A stretch of DNA of 64,000 bases from Felis catus (GCF_018350175.1 NC_058383.1:12154001-12218000), one strand, 5' to 3'; positions 12,224 through 24,097 are shown, counted from the first letter of the stretch. The notes: generated by a model from the letters alone, not told the origin. Numbers and translations are program-made.

Positions 12224-12687
12224 CCTTTTCTTTTCTTTTTTAAAAAAACTTTAAGGGGCGCCTGGGTGGCGCAGTCGGTTAAGCGTCCGACTTCAGCCAG
12301 GTCACGATCTCGCGGTCCGGGAGTTCGAGCCCCGCGTCGGGCTCTGGGCTGATGGCTCAGAGCCTGGAGCCTGTTTCCGATTCTGTGTCTCCCTCTCTCT
12401 CTGCCCCTCCCTCGTTCATGCTCTGTCTCTCTCTGTCCCAAAAATAAATAAATGTTGAAAAAAAAATTAAAAAAAAAAACTTTAAAATGTTTATTTGGTT
12501 TTGAGAGAGAGAAAGACAGAGCGTAAGTGGGGAGGGGCAGGGAGAGGGGAAGACACAGAATCGGAAGCAGGCTCCAGGCTCTGAGGTGTGAGCACAGAGC
12601 CCAACTCGGGGTTCGAACTCATGAACCATGGGATCGTGACCTGAGCCGAAGTTGGACCATTAGCCAACTGAGCCACCCAGGTGCCCC
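12224..12687 (-). mobile_element. Can-SINE with a younger SINE inserted in its tail
   Basis: Body 12486-12687; TSD ttgt(t/c)aagaatt 12212-12223 / 12688-12699. Confidence 0.92.
12255..12472 (+). mobile_element. Young felid SINE (SINEC_Fc)
   Basis: Near-consensus; TSD aaaaaaactttaa 12242-12254 / 12473-12485. Confidence 0.97.
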
Positions 12688-13119
12688 TTGTCAAGAATTT
12701 CAAGACAGCATCTGCAGAGCCAGATGCCCTTTCTAGGCTCCATGAGATTGTACGTGCCATGTGCCCAGTAGGCTGGTCGTGTGACAGCCTTCTACGTGGG
12801 GTCCACAGCCAAACCCCATTCAGTGGTGGGATGGCGACGCCTTCTGAGGGCCTCTCCCTTCTGGACCGGACCAGAGAACCAGCCAGTCCTGCCCAGAACG
12901 CAAAGGGTCATGAGGCGAACCAATGGGGTCGTCCTGGAGTCACTCTGTGTACGGGGGAGAGAGAAAGACAAGTTTCTTGGAGGGGATCTTTCAAGACCAT
13001 AAAGAAAAAAAACCAATCACTTGGGGAGTTATTTTAGGAGTTTCAAGAGGCAGGAGAGGGAGGGGGACTTTTGAATATCCAGAGGATAAGCACTGACTTT
13101 CCTGAAATTTTTCAACACC

Positions 13120-13540
13120 CGGGGGAAGTTTCTTCCTTATTCCACAGATGAGAAAGCGGAGTTTCAGCTAGAATAGGAAATTGGCGTAAAGCTAGGCAGG
13201 CGGCAAAAGTCATGAACAAATGAGGTGCTGCTGTGTCCTTGTCTTCAGGAAACCACTTTGAGGCAATTTTTTGAGATCCTCACTAAATTTAAATTTCCCC
13301 AGTGAACAAATAAGAACAAGAACTACATTAAACTAAACTCTTATACAGAAACGGTGCTGAGGACTTTCATGTTTTACATTGAAATCTCTCCCAAACCCCT
13401 AAAATGTGGACACGGGTACCTTGTTTTGCAGTGACGGAAAGGTTAAGAGAATTGCTCGCGGTTCGTGTACGTAGCGAAGGGCCCGCCGCGTTTCAGTTCC
13501 GGAAATAGCTGTCTCCCAAGACCGTTAACCACTGTGCCCT
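13120..13540 (-). mobile_element. Two MIR fragments
   Basis: Cores 'acagatgagaaagcggag' and 'ttttgcagtgacggaaaggttaagagaattgctc'. Confidence 0.65.
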
Positions 13541-13667
13541 TCCTGCTTTAGTTAACTGTGAGGCGAGAATTTCAGCACCAGATCAAAACTTGAAAGAAGG
13601 GAGCAATGATGTAGATGAGCCTTCTTCTTTAAGTTTATTGGTTTATTTCTTTTTTTAAGATATATTT

Positions 13668-13889
13668 TTTATTTTTTGTTAATGCTTATTTTTGAGAGAG
13701 AGAGAGACAGACAGAGCATGAGCAGACGATGGGCAGAGAGAGAGAGAGAGGGGGAGACACAGAATCTGAGGCAGATCCAGGCTCTGAGCTGTCAGCACAG
13801 AGTCCGACGTGGGCTCGAACCCGCGAACCGTGAGATCGTGACCTGAGCCGAAGTCCAACCCTTAACCAACAGAGCCACCCAGAAGCCTC
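13668..13889 (-). mobile_element. Can-SINE nested in the tail of an older SINE
   Basis: Full body; TSD-like tttaagatatatttttt / tttaaggcatatttttt. Confidence 0.92.
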
Positions 13890-14036
13890 TTTAAGGCATA
13901 TTTTTTTAGATTCTTTTTTAATTGATTTTGGGAGAGAGAGAAGAGAATCCCAAGCAGGCTCGGTGCCATCGGCACAGAATCGACTCGGGGCTTGATCCCA
14001 CGGACTGTGAGATCATGACCTGAGCCGAAACCAAGA
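13890..14036 (-). mobile_element. Older Can-SINE with 5' head missing
   Basis: 'gaatcccaagcaggctc...gacctgagccgaaaccaaga' followed by an abrupt end. Confidence 0.88.
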
Positions 14037-14239
14037 AATACTGGAGAAAAAGTGATACCTAACGTATCCTGTGGCTGATCCAAAACTAAGGGCCTGCAAG
14101 TCCCGTTTCTAATGATAAAACCTATATAATGGTGATGCCACCCCATCTAGCAAGAGCATTTAAACCAGGCAGGCCTGTCGGCCGGGCCAGGACTCAGGAA
14201 AGAGCCAGGAACACTCTCTTAAAAGTGGAGCCCAACATC

Positions 14240-14640
14240 TGCCCTTGGACAGCAACATCGTTCTTAGTACCCCTCCTCCTTCCTGGGCTTTTTTTCTGGA
14301 ATATCTTGGCTCAGTAATCCCTCCCCAGGCCCTTCCATTGGCCCTGAGCATACACGAGGTTCTCTCTTTCTGACCTCGGGATGCCTTCTCGAATACAATT
14401 TCCACTTGTCCTCTCAGCTTCATTTGCTTCTGGCCACTCCAAGGAGCCGCCCCTCCCCTCCCCCTCACCTACCCCAACTTGATCCCCCAAGATACCACCT
14501 GGCATCCGACCTGGCCCATTACAAGAGAGGTATGGACATCACAAGACCTGGGTCTTGTTTCGTAACTTTGTATTCGTTTCCTCGCAGACAAGTGGAGATC
14601 ACAATACACCATGTTCGTTTGGTTCAAAGATTAAATCTCT
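14240..14640 (+). mobile_element. L2 3' fragment
   Basis: Pyrimidine-rich L2-like body ending 'gtcttgtttcgtaactttgtattc...gtttggttcaaagattaaat'. Confidence 0.5.
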
Positions 14641-16539
14641 AAAGTTGACAACTCCAGATTCCAATGCCAGTGACTCAGAGTGATGGAGAAGAGGAAGGCA
14701 GGTGAGGACTCCAGAATGACCACATCCAGAAAGTTGCCCTTTACCGTGGGTACCCCGTGAGGCAGCTGAGATCAGTTACCTGCACGGAAACTTGAGATCA
14801 GTCCTTTTCCAGAAAATGACTTCCATGAAACGAGTTCAGTCTGCAATTCTGGGTTTTAAGCAGCAATAATGATTCCCTTGGCTAAAACGTGGGGCTTTTT
14901 GAAGGGGCGGGAAACTTTATTATTACCAAGTGGGGTATCCCCCAAGAGTTCTGACTCAGATCTGTAGCTGAGCCGAGACATCTGGAAATTTCAAAAATTG
15001 AACTTGATCTTTAACAAATATAGACACAAATGTGAAGAACATAAAAATCACTCTTCAGAATGAGCCTTAATGGGCTGCGTTGCCTTTCAGGAACATTTCC
15101 TAATGAGCCTTCGGACACGAAGTGATTCTAATTTGTGATGCATTTGAGGCAAAACCAAGAGAAGAAATTACATTTGCTTTTCCCCACTGGGTTGTTAAGG
15201 GCCCCAGAGAGACAAGCCTCAAACACTCAATTGTGGCCAATGCCCTTTGTGTTCAATCGCCTCATCCGCTGGGGCTGGCACCAGAAAGGTCCAAGCACAA
15301 CGGGGCCTTTCAGAACTGCTCCAGACCGACGATCCACAGGCGGCCCAGGCAGCAAACGGCAAGAGGGGCCGGTCTGTGCCAGGCACGGTACCAACCGCTG
15401 GTTGGAGAAAGAAGACGCAGAAATGAAACAGACCCAGAACTCCCGGGCCGGGGGTAAGTGGTACCCCGAGCCTTCTCAAACCCGGGTTCCATTCTCCCAA
15501 GTTCTTTGGAAGATTGGCCTTTGAGACGCAGGACTCTGACCTTGGAGGCTTCATTCTCCCTCCTCCCCCCCTACACCTGCCCTGACTATCACTAGGGGCC
15601 CCCAGGTATTTCCAGAGCTTCTCAGGGACGCCTGTTCCCTGACATGTGACAGCCTGCACACATGTGACAAGTTGGTGCCAGTGTCTCACGTCCTTCTACA
15701 TCTTGGCATCAGTTGAACCTGGGCAGAGTAGACTCTGAACTTGCCATACGGGCTTTTCCACAGGTCATCACCACCTAGAGAGACCCAGCATAGGCTAGAG
15801 AGAGATTTTTAAATTCCAGGCAAAGTTTAAGTCTCTTTTTCCTCTCCGTCTCCCTTTTTTTTTTTTTCAACAGCTGTAGTCAGGAGCCCATCATCGGCCC
15901 CAGAACAGCCGCTGAAGCCACCCATAGAGATGGACTGAGCCGAAGGGCCAAGATCAAGGAGAGAGAATTCCTGTGGCTTGGGCATCTCTGTGGGTTCCAG
16001 GGGAACACCCCCCCCCCCACTCTGGTACATCGGAGCTCAGGGCTAACCTATAAAATTCCACTTGTAAACTAGACTGGTGCCTCTCGGGGCAGAGGGGGTT
16101 CCAAAGGTCCACAGCTTGGCCGCCTCTGGCTCTTTGGACTTCCTCGGGATAGACACACAAGTGCGTGTGTTGGCAAGCAGAACCTGTACCGGACCCCAGC
16201 TCTACCCACCCCTCAGTCAAGCGTCCTCATACAGGTCATGACTGTGGTATCACCTGCGGTCCTGTTTCAGGGAATGGCTGCCCTTCTTGGCTCCTTCCTA
16301 AACCCTTTCCTGGGGCTTTCTCCTGCGAAGTCCATTGGCAGGATGCCTCTGGTCTCCAAAATGACCCCGGGCCTCTACTCATCAGTAGGCCATTGTCTTT
16401 CCTGGGGCATGCCTGTCTGGACCTCCCTAAAGAACATCGTCGCCCTAGAGCGAACCCCTCATGGTGCCTTGCTTCCAGCCCCCTGAGATGCTAATCTTCA
16501 GGCTCCTGGAAAGACCGTTAATAATTGTTCAGAACCAAT

Positions 16540-16835
16540 GCAGTGCAGTGGTCAAGAACCTTGCCCTGTAGCCAAGCTGTCTATGTTGTGATTCGTGCTC
16601 CTTCCTTTCTTAGTTGCAGAAGCTTGAGCCCGTTTTCTTAAGCATTTGCGCCTCGTCACCTCCCCTAGAAGGCGAGGATAGCAATATTAGCAGTAAGAGT
16701 AGTAACATCACGGCACTGGGGGGGGGGGGGGACGATTAACTGAGGTCGTACATGAAAAATTCTTATACCAGTACCGGATCCGTGCACTAGTGAGCACCCG
16801 TTAGTGCGCCGAGCATTAACTATCGCTATTATTGT
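16540..16835 (+). mobile_element. MIR
   Basis: 'gcagtggtcaagaacc...agcttgagccc...gcctcgtcacc...gattaactgag...ctattatt'. Confidence 0.75.
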
Positions 16836-17072
16836 GTTTATCGAATGAAAGATGTTTTGTAATAAGAGATACTTACAGCCCAAACTGCTCTCCTCTGCGC
16901 CCTCAATATTGCCGTGTGGTTGAAAATCGTTCAAAATAAAGTCTGCCCTTTCTACCTTGCCCCGGCGCCGGGAGGGGAGTCACGCATGGACACGCCCCCG
17001 ACATCCGTGTGTATGCTAATATACGTATTACGAACACATAAATGCGACCATATTTCATGTGCTATGGGAAGC

Positions 17073-17328
17073 TTCTTTTTTTTAAGGTTTTATTTATTTA
17101 TTTTGAGAGAGAGAGACAGAGAGACATCATGAGAGGGGGCGGGGCACAGAGAGAGAGAGAGAGAGAGAGCGAGAGAGCGAGAGAGAGAGAGAGAGAGAGA
17201 GAATCCCAAGCAGGCTCCAAGCTATCAGCTCAGAGCCCAACGCAGGGCTCGAACCCATGAACTGAGAAATCCTGACCTGAGCCGACATCAAGAGTCAGAT
17301 GCTTAACCGGCTGAGCCACACAGGATCC
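17073..17328 (-). mobile_element. Can-SINE with expanded (GA)n
   Basis: Full body; TSD-like atggRaagctt. Confidence 0.92.
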
Positions 17329-17453
17329 TTATGGAAAGCTTTCTTTAAACTCGCTGAGCCTTATGCTCTGTATTTATGAAAGGAGCCATAGTTACATGGG
17401 ACCATACATTCCGTGAGCCTACCAGTTTCTCCCCCTCTTCTTTCTACAATCGA

Positions 17454-17665
17454 TTTTTTTAAGTTTCATTTCTTTATTCTGAGAGAAAAAGAGAGAGGGG
17501 GTGGGGGAGGGGCAGAGAGAGGGAGAGAGAGAATCCCCAGCAGGCTCCACCCTGTCAACACAGGGCCTGACGCGCGCGGGGCTCGATCCCACGACCCGTG
17601 AGATCACGACCTGAGCCGGAGGTCAAGAGTCAGGCCCGTAACCGACGGAGCCACCCAGGTGCCCC
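17454..17665 (-). mobile_element. Can-SINE
   Basis: Full body; TSD tcttctttctaca. Confidence 0.92.
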
Positions 17666-17793
17666 TCTTCTTTCTACATCTTTACACAAACTCCTGTTCC
17701 TCAGTCACCCTCACCATCTTGCTTCCCTTCCCTCTGCCCCTCCGTCCCCAAAGCATCAAAGCAAAAACGGGTCATAATAAAAATGCACCCCTG

Positions 17794-18015
17794 GGGGCGC
17801 CTGGGTGGCTCAGTCGGTTAAGCGTCCGACTTCGGCTCAGGTCACGATCTCGCGGTCCATGAGTTCGAGCCCCGCGTCGGGCTCTGTGCTGACCGCTCAG
17901 AGCCTGGAGCCTGTTTCCGATTCTGTGTCTCCCTCTCTCTCTCTGACCCTCCCCTGTTCATGCTCTGTCTCTCTCTGTCTCAAAAATAAATAAACGTTAG
18001 AAAAAAAATTAAAAA
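17794..18015 (+). mobile_element. Felid SINE (SINEC_Fc-like)
   Basis: Near-consensus; TSD aaaaatgc(a/g)cccctg. Confidence 0.96.
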
Positions 18016-19139
18016 AAAAATGCGCCCCTGATCTGCTCCCAGAGAGGGCCAGGAAAAATACCGCGCCATATTCTTTTTTAACAAGGTAGAACCGTCTGGA
18101 CTCCGGTGTTGCCCCGTATGTCATGAAGACTGAGAAGAATATCCATTCCAGCCTGGAAAGGGCCACATGGCACTCTTCAAAAGGCTCATCCAAATCCGTT
18201 GTCTTGTCTCTAGAACGCAGCACACATGCATGGGCCCCGGGCATAAACCTTTTTGGTTCCGCGAGTGTTTTCCGCCTGGCGTCTCTCCTCTGTTCTTTCC
18301 CAACACCCTGTGTTCTGCTGATGGCAAATCAATGGTACATTTTTCTTAAACAGCCAGCACTTGGTATTTTACTACCGACCACGAGGGCCCCCGCCTTTTA
18401 ATTACTCCTGCTGAGCCTAGCACTATATATAACACTAATGTTTCTGGGACTGCCTGCAATTAAAACCAAAAATAAATAACACATTACAAGCTGCAAACCC
18501 AGCTAGGCTCGGGTAATGCTATGGACGGATAGAAGCCTTTTGTTTTTAATTGCCCACGTTTCTCCAGACCCCGTGGCGTGTAAACACCTGACACACAGCT
18601 GTTTGCCAGGAGCCGGAGCCGAGGAGGCCTTGACCTCAGGGCGAGGCCGGTGTTCTTTTCCTTGCCCCAGAAAGGCACTTTTCGGCCTCGGCGTTTCGCT
18701 CTGCAAAAGGGACACGCTGGAGAACAAAGCCGCCTGTATGCACACTCGCCGATGAACGTGCTGTTTGGGGGTCATGCGTGGAATCCGAATGAGCTATATT
18801 GAGTTTGGCTGTGGGTTTGGGGTTTTTTTCTTGCTGGGACAGAATTCTGAAAAAAGAAAAAAAGCGGTTTTGATGAACACGTGTCTTACTCCATCCGTCG
18901 GACGTGCGAGTTTCATGCCAGAGGTTGTGCCTAACCAGGAAGAAGGCTTATAAAAATCAAATCGGTAGACTCCCCTTTGAAGCCCCACGTGGACGATTAT
19001 TGAGATCGTTGGGAAAATGAATGAAGTTTTACACCGTAAGACGGCCGACGGGACTAAAACAAGCTCTGGTCTCTGGCTGAGAAACCCCTCTTCTGGGTTC
19101 TTCTTGCCCTGATTTGGCGTGAAAACCCCCCACATAGGG

Positions 19140-19940
19140 AGGCTAGCAACTACAAATTACCCTTCCCGCTTGCATTCGGTGCTCAGATCTTTGGAGAAAA
19201 GTTCTCCTGTGAGCCCGCCGGTGTTAAAAAAATCTCCGACCCGCCAAGATCTCCGGGTGCCGAGTGCCGCTTGGTTTTTCCGCCAGCGTTCCAGCCTCGT
19301 TCCGTAACAATGTTATTTGCTAAAGGAAGTCCTTGCCCTGTACCCCCGTCGAAGGGTTGGCTGAACCACCAACAGCAGCCTGTGGTAGGAAGCAAGAGGA
19401 CGGATCTGCCCAGAAGGGCCCTGAGTCTCATCCAGCCTCTGCTCCCCACCCCATCACACCTCCGAAGGAGCGATTTTGTTCTGCTGCAGAGACCTAAGAC
19501 GGAACGATCCAAGCCGTCCCGACACTGTAGACAGTCCGACACTGTAGTCGCAGAGGCGACCTTAGAGACACCGTACCCATAACAACGCTCTTTGACCCGG
19601 ACAAGAATGATTCTCCCCATTGGTGCTGCTGGATGGTTCCTCGAAGGCTCCGCTCAGCACCAAGAGCCGTGTGGACCCCGAGCCACGGTTGCTCCCTGCC
19701 CCAGGTCGGAGCAACCCCCTCCGCGTGGCTGGGAGAGAACGGGAAGGTGTAGTCGACAGACCAAGGCGGGGCTCGGCACCTGCCTCGCCTGCAGATGGCT
19801 GCTTTGTGGTGGGGTCCTCCCCCGGGTCGTAGGATGGCCTGGTCTGGATGTAAATATTCGCACACACCAGGGCGGAGTCGCATGCATTTCCCTTCGCCCG
19901 AGGCGGTTCGGCGGCTTAGCTGCAGGCAAAAAGCATCTCC
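19140..19940. promoter_or_regulatory. CpG-island-like patch
   Basis: About 50 CpG counted by eye in 19141-19920; GC-rich and not SINE-derived. Confidence 0.5.
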
Positions 19941-21394
19941 CTTAAAAGCGACCAATAATGAGCCGTGACAGCAGCAGTACTGACCTAATGCTGACTCATG
20001 AATGTCATCATTGTTCCGCCCCCGCCAGGGGCATTAGTCCCTGTTCAGCCCTAAGCCAGAATGTCTGCATAGAGAACAAAGCTGATTATCTCGACAATGG
20101 CTTTCTTCTAGGCTGATGCAGGTAAATGGGCAGGCCGGGCCCCCCTTTTGGGGGGGGAGGACGAGACCAGAGGCCCAGATCACACGCCGGTCACACTGCC
20201 CGCTTGTTCCCATCACCCTCTGCTTCCTGTTGACGGTTCCTTTCAAACAGCGTGAGCCCGTGAATGGCCTTTGGTGCCCTGAGAAGCGTCAGCCTGCTTC
20301 ATTCATGGGAGGTACGTCAGAGTTCCCCTGCACCTGTCAGAGTTCAGGGGACCCACGTCCCCGCGCTGGCAGAGGGCTGACGGAGAGGGCGACGGACGCG
20401 CCGTCGGCCCCCCAGCTGTCTGGCACCTTGCCTCTCCTTCCCTTTTCACGTCACATCCATCAACATCCCTCTTTCGCCCTGTTGGGTTCCTGGCCCCCAC
20501 CTCCCCCCTCTCCAGTCCACTCCTCGATTGGCCCGCCTTCCTCGAACAAAGGACTTCTTTCTGGCATCCACGGATATCTTGGCACTGCGGCCCCGGTGAC
20601 ACCCTGGATTGATCACCGCCCCCACTGAATTTGAGGGGCGATCATTTTTCTCTTGCAAGTACAGAGTGTGGACAGTTGAGTCTCTTGCCCACCGCTCATG
20701 CTGCCGTTGGGACACGTGGGCCTCCCAGAGAAGCAGGAGAAAGGGGCGGATGAGGACAGCCGTCCTCCAACGATGGCACGGGAGGTGCAAGCTCAGATAC
20801 CTTCAGGGCCGGCCGGGAAAGACAGAGGTGGAAAACCAGTCTCGGTAAAAACAACCTTTTACAAACGCACCGGGTTGTTGCAGAAGGAAATCCGGGAGCA
20901 CCCGGTCAGTGAAGGAGCCTCCTTGGTGTCTAATAACCCTCAGTGACCCATTCTTTCGCAAATAAGAGAACTTGGGAATAGATAGGGGCCCAGCTGTATC
21001 ATTCATTCATTCATGCACGCAGGCAGGCATGCACGCATTCGTTCACAAACTCTTATTAAGGCGCCTACCAGGTGCAAGGCATGTGACTCCTCAGCCACCG
21101 GAGTCACTTTGCAAATACTGACTAGCTGTATTCGTTCGGGGATGCCGCGTGCGGCAGGTGGCGGGCCTTGCAAACGGAGGGAGAGGCCCTGAGTCACTCC
21201 ATCAAGTGAACGGAAGGAAGGTCACTGGCTCAGAGCCCAGCTTGACTCTACGCAGTGTCCCAGAGGACACAATGAGGTGACGGAGGGAGGCGGTCCTGGC
21301 GAACGTTGCAGGAGCCAAGGGGAAGAGAATGGGGTAACGATGGCCCGAGGGCTCCCCAAGTCCATGGCGAGGAGGAGAAAACGAAACGGTCTCC

Positions 21395-21602
21395 ACTGGG
21401 AGTTCGTGATTGGCGCAGCGAGAAACCCGGGCGCCCCCGTAATGAAGTTTTATTGGCATGTGGCTCTTGCCATTCGTTGGCATAGGGTCTAAGGCTGCTT
21501 TAGCTGCAGCGCCCAAGCTGAGCGGTTACAGCAGATGTCACTCGGCTTGCAAGGCATAAAATACGATCTGGCCCTTTAGAGAAAAAGTTTACCCATCCAT
21601 GA
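21395..21602 (-). mobile_element. MER58A-like hAT-Charlie element
   Basis: 'aagttttattggca...ggctgcttt...tctggccctttagagaaaaagtttaccc'. Confidence 0.85.
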
Positions 21603-21687
21603 TCTAAGGCAGTGCATTTAATACCTTTTCTCTAAGGCACTTTGAAACGAAGAGGGTGTTCACTGGCTGCTTACAAATGCAAAAAGA

Positions 21688-21830
21688 GTGGCACCTGGGT
21701 GGCTCAGTCGGTTAAGCCTCCAGCGTCAAGCCAGGTCACGATCTCACAGTCCGTGAGTTCGAGCCCTGCGTCGTCGGGCTCTGTGCTGACAGCTCGAAGC
21801 CAGGAGCCCGCTCCGGATTCCGTGTCTCCT
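21688..21830 (+). mobile_element. Can-SINE, 3'-truncated
   Basis: Head and body present; CT tract and tail absent. Confidence 0.9.
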
Positions 21831-22405
21831 TAACATCTTCTCCACTACAATGTATCCGTGTCTTCGTATAAAAAAACACAGCTATTTTTTTTTTTTTTTT
21901 TGCCCCAAATCTACAGAGAAAATTAACGGCCCGAGGAAACGGACAAGGATGATTCTGTGTGCCAAAGTGAGAAGGGTGGCCTCGTGGGTTCAGTTCTAAA
22001 CCTTGCGGGCTGGTACCTAGGGGTCCACGGGAGAGACAACCTAGAAGCTGAGTGGACCTTGATTTAGTCAGGGTCCAGACAGGAGAACAGAAGCCACTGC
22101 CGGTCACCGAAAAAGAGGACCTTTTATAGAGAGGGGGTTGATGGCGAAGGGGACAGAAGAAGGAGGACATCAAAGAAGGAAGAGTAAGGTAACTGAGATA
22201 TTGGCCCAGCAGGAAGCTGCCACCCCCACCTGTCACCCCCACCCGGGGCTGGAGACAAAGGGAAGAGGTGGGGTGGCTAGCACCCAGGAGCTGTGAGGTC
22301 CATCCCACAGAAACGTGAACCACAGTGGGTCTGAGCAGGACTGACGATGGGAGGGCAATTGTAGCTTCTAGGGTGCTCCTTCCTCTGCCCTCCAATCGCC
22401 CGCGG

Positions 22406-22420
22406 GCTCCCCCTACTGGC
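22406..22420 (-). promoter_or_regulatory. CTCF motif
   Basis: Minus strand GCCAGTAGGGGGAGC versus consensus CCASYAGRKGGCRS (one deviation). Confidence 0.55.
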
Positions 22421-22450
22421 GGAGCCCAGCCAGCAGCCAGGTGCAAAGGA

Positions 22451-22468
22451 GCCTGGGAACTGTAGTTT
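22451..22468 (-). promoter_or_regulatory. ZNF143/THAP11 (SBS) motif
   Basis: Minus strand AAACTACAGTTCCCAGGC matches ACTACAnnTCCCAG. Confidence 0.5.
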
Positions 22469-23590
22469 CGTTGCACGTTACAGAGAAAGCTGGTGACGGT
22501 TCCGAGAGCCAATAAGCAAAGGACTGGCCATCGACGGCCACGAGGGGATGTTGCCGCCACTAGAAAGGGTCCATCCAGGTGGCCACCAAGAGGCCAAAGA
22601 GAGTGGCAGAGCCCCGGTAAACTCATCACGTGCAGGATCCGGTCCTCCGTGGTACAACCCTGAGCTGCAGGTGGGACAAAGCTACAGTCCGTCTTCTAGG
22701 TCGTCCTCCAGTGCCCCGTCCGCCACACGCGATGCCTCCCCGTCTGCGGGTCCGAAAGATCAGGGTGTCTCGGGCTCTGTCCAGGGAGAAAAAAAAAATG
22801 ACCCCGACTAAAACCTTGCCAACCGGAGAGCCCCCGCTTTATTCCCATTTGCAAATCCGGCTCGGAACGTATTCCAGAGCGTGTCCTCCCCCCCCCCCCC
22901 CCCCCCCCATCGCCAGCCAAGGCTTGCCTGGCATGTGTCCTAATTTCTCTCTGCCTCAAAGAAGCCCCCTGACCGAAGGGGGCCGGTCCTCCTATTGACA
23001 GGAACACAACCTCCCAGCCTCGGCAGATGACGTGACATTTGCATAAAGCCTGAATTGAGCCGCCCTGGAGCAGGTGATGCATTCAGAAAGCCCCTTGCTC
23101 TATTCCCTTCCATCAGCCTCGCTGGAGATCATCTGCCCCCACGCCTCTGTTTCCGCACAGCCGGCCTCAGAGGCAGCGCAGGGAGGCAGGAATGGGGCCA
23201 GCTGCCTGACGACTTCAATGTTAAAATGTGTTGAACATTCACAGGCCATGGAACTCTGCTAAGTGAACCAAATGGGCCTCCCTAAAGCCATATGCTCACT
23301 CCATCACATCCCAGCTGCAGCCTCCTGTAAAGGCGGGACAGGCTTGCTGGGGGAGCTTTGGTTTTTGTTTTTTTTGTTTTTTTTTTTTTTTCCCCTTCCT
23401 ATTGAACTGCTAAGACCAGATGCCGATGTCACAATCCAAGAACTGGCAGAGACTAGTCAGCTCGTCACCAAGATACGTTCCTCGTGCTCGTGGGCACACG
23501 GCCGGACCACATCTGTCAGCCTCCGTGGGCGCTTTGGGCCAGCGCCGTGGACTCCGTGCGGCTCCATAAAAAATGGAAACCTCCTTGATC

Positions 23591-23693
23591 TAGGTTGACC
23601 AACCACCCCGATTTGGCCAGGACTGTCCCGAGGTTATCCCTGTGTCCCGGGGAATCTTTCAGTCCCTGGCAAACTGGAGTGGTTAATCAGCCT
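23591..23693 (+). mobile_element. MER94-like hAT-Blackjack MITE
   Basis: 'aggttgaccaacc...ccaggactgtccc...cagtccctggcaaactgg...ggttaatcagcct' with decayed terminal inverted repeats. Confidence 0.8.
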
Positions 23694-23870
23694 CGTGACC
23701 CCCACGGTCACCGGCCAGCCGGAGACGGAATTTTGGGGCCCGAGATCCGTGGTTCCCAAGGCTTCAGCCTGCATCGTGTAGAGGGATTGTTAAGTCACGG
23801 AGTGCTAGGCTCCAGACCTTTGGTTTCTGATTCAATAGGTCTGAGGTGGGGCTCAGGAATTTGCTTTTGC

Positions 23871-23901
23871 TTTTTTTTTTTTCTTAATGTTCATTTATTT
23901 T

Positions 23902-23932
<31 letters not shown>

Positions 23933-24097
23933 TGGGGGAGGGACAGAGAGAGAGGGAGGGAGACACAGCCTCCGAAGCAGGCTCCAGGCTCTGAGCTGTC
24001 AGCACAGAGCCCGACGCGGGGCTCAAACTCACGAACGGCGAGATCATGACCTGAGCTGGAGTCGGACACGTAACCAACTGAGTCACCCAGGTGCCCC
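23871..24097 (-). mobile_element. Can-SINE
   Basis: Full body, inserted in the tail of the next SINE. Confidence 0.93.

Larger units (their letters stand above)
12118..12781 (-). mobile_element. MER45A-like hAT-Tip100 DNA transposon split by two SINEs
   Basis: 'caggattggcta...ggggcccagc...gaaaatgtggggcccc' and 'aagaatttcaagacagc...cagagc' match the MER45A reverse complement. Confidence 0.8.
22060..22530 (-). mobile_element. ERVL-class solo LTR (LTR41/LTR33-like)
   Basis: 'tgatttagtcagggtccagacaggag..cagaagccac' at one end; 'ctgccctccaatc...ccccctactggcggagccc...caaaggagcctgggaactgtagttt' near the other. Confidence 0.7.

Noticed and set aside
19687..19716. 9-bp hairpin ggttgctcc/ggagcaacc
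   Set aside because: A few such stems are expected by chance in 64 kb.
21736..22629. Longest ORF (297 aa, minus strand)
   Set aside because: Runs through an LTR, a poly(T) run and a SINE; no recognisable domain.
23037..23044. Octamer ATTTGCAT and scattered AP-1 TGASTCA sites
   Set aside because: Counts are near chance expectation for 7-8-mers.
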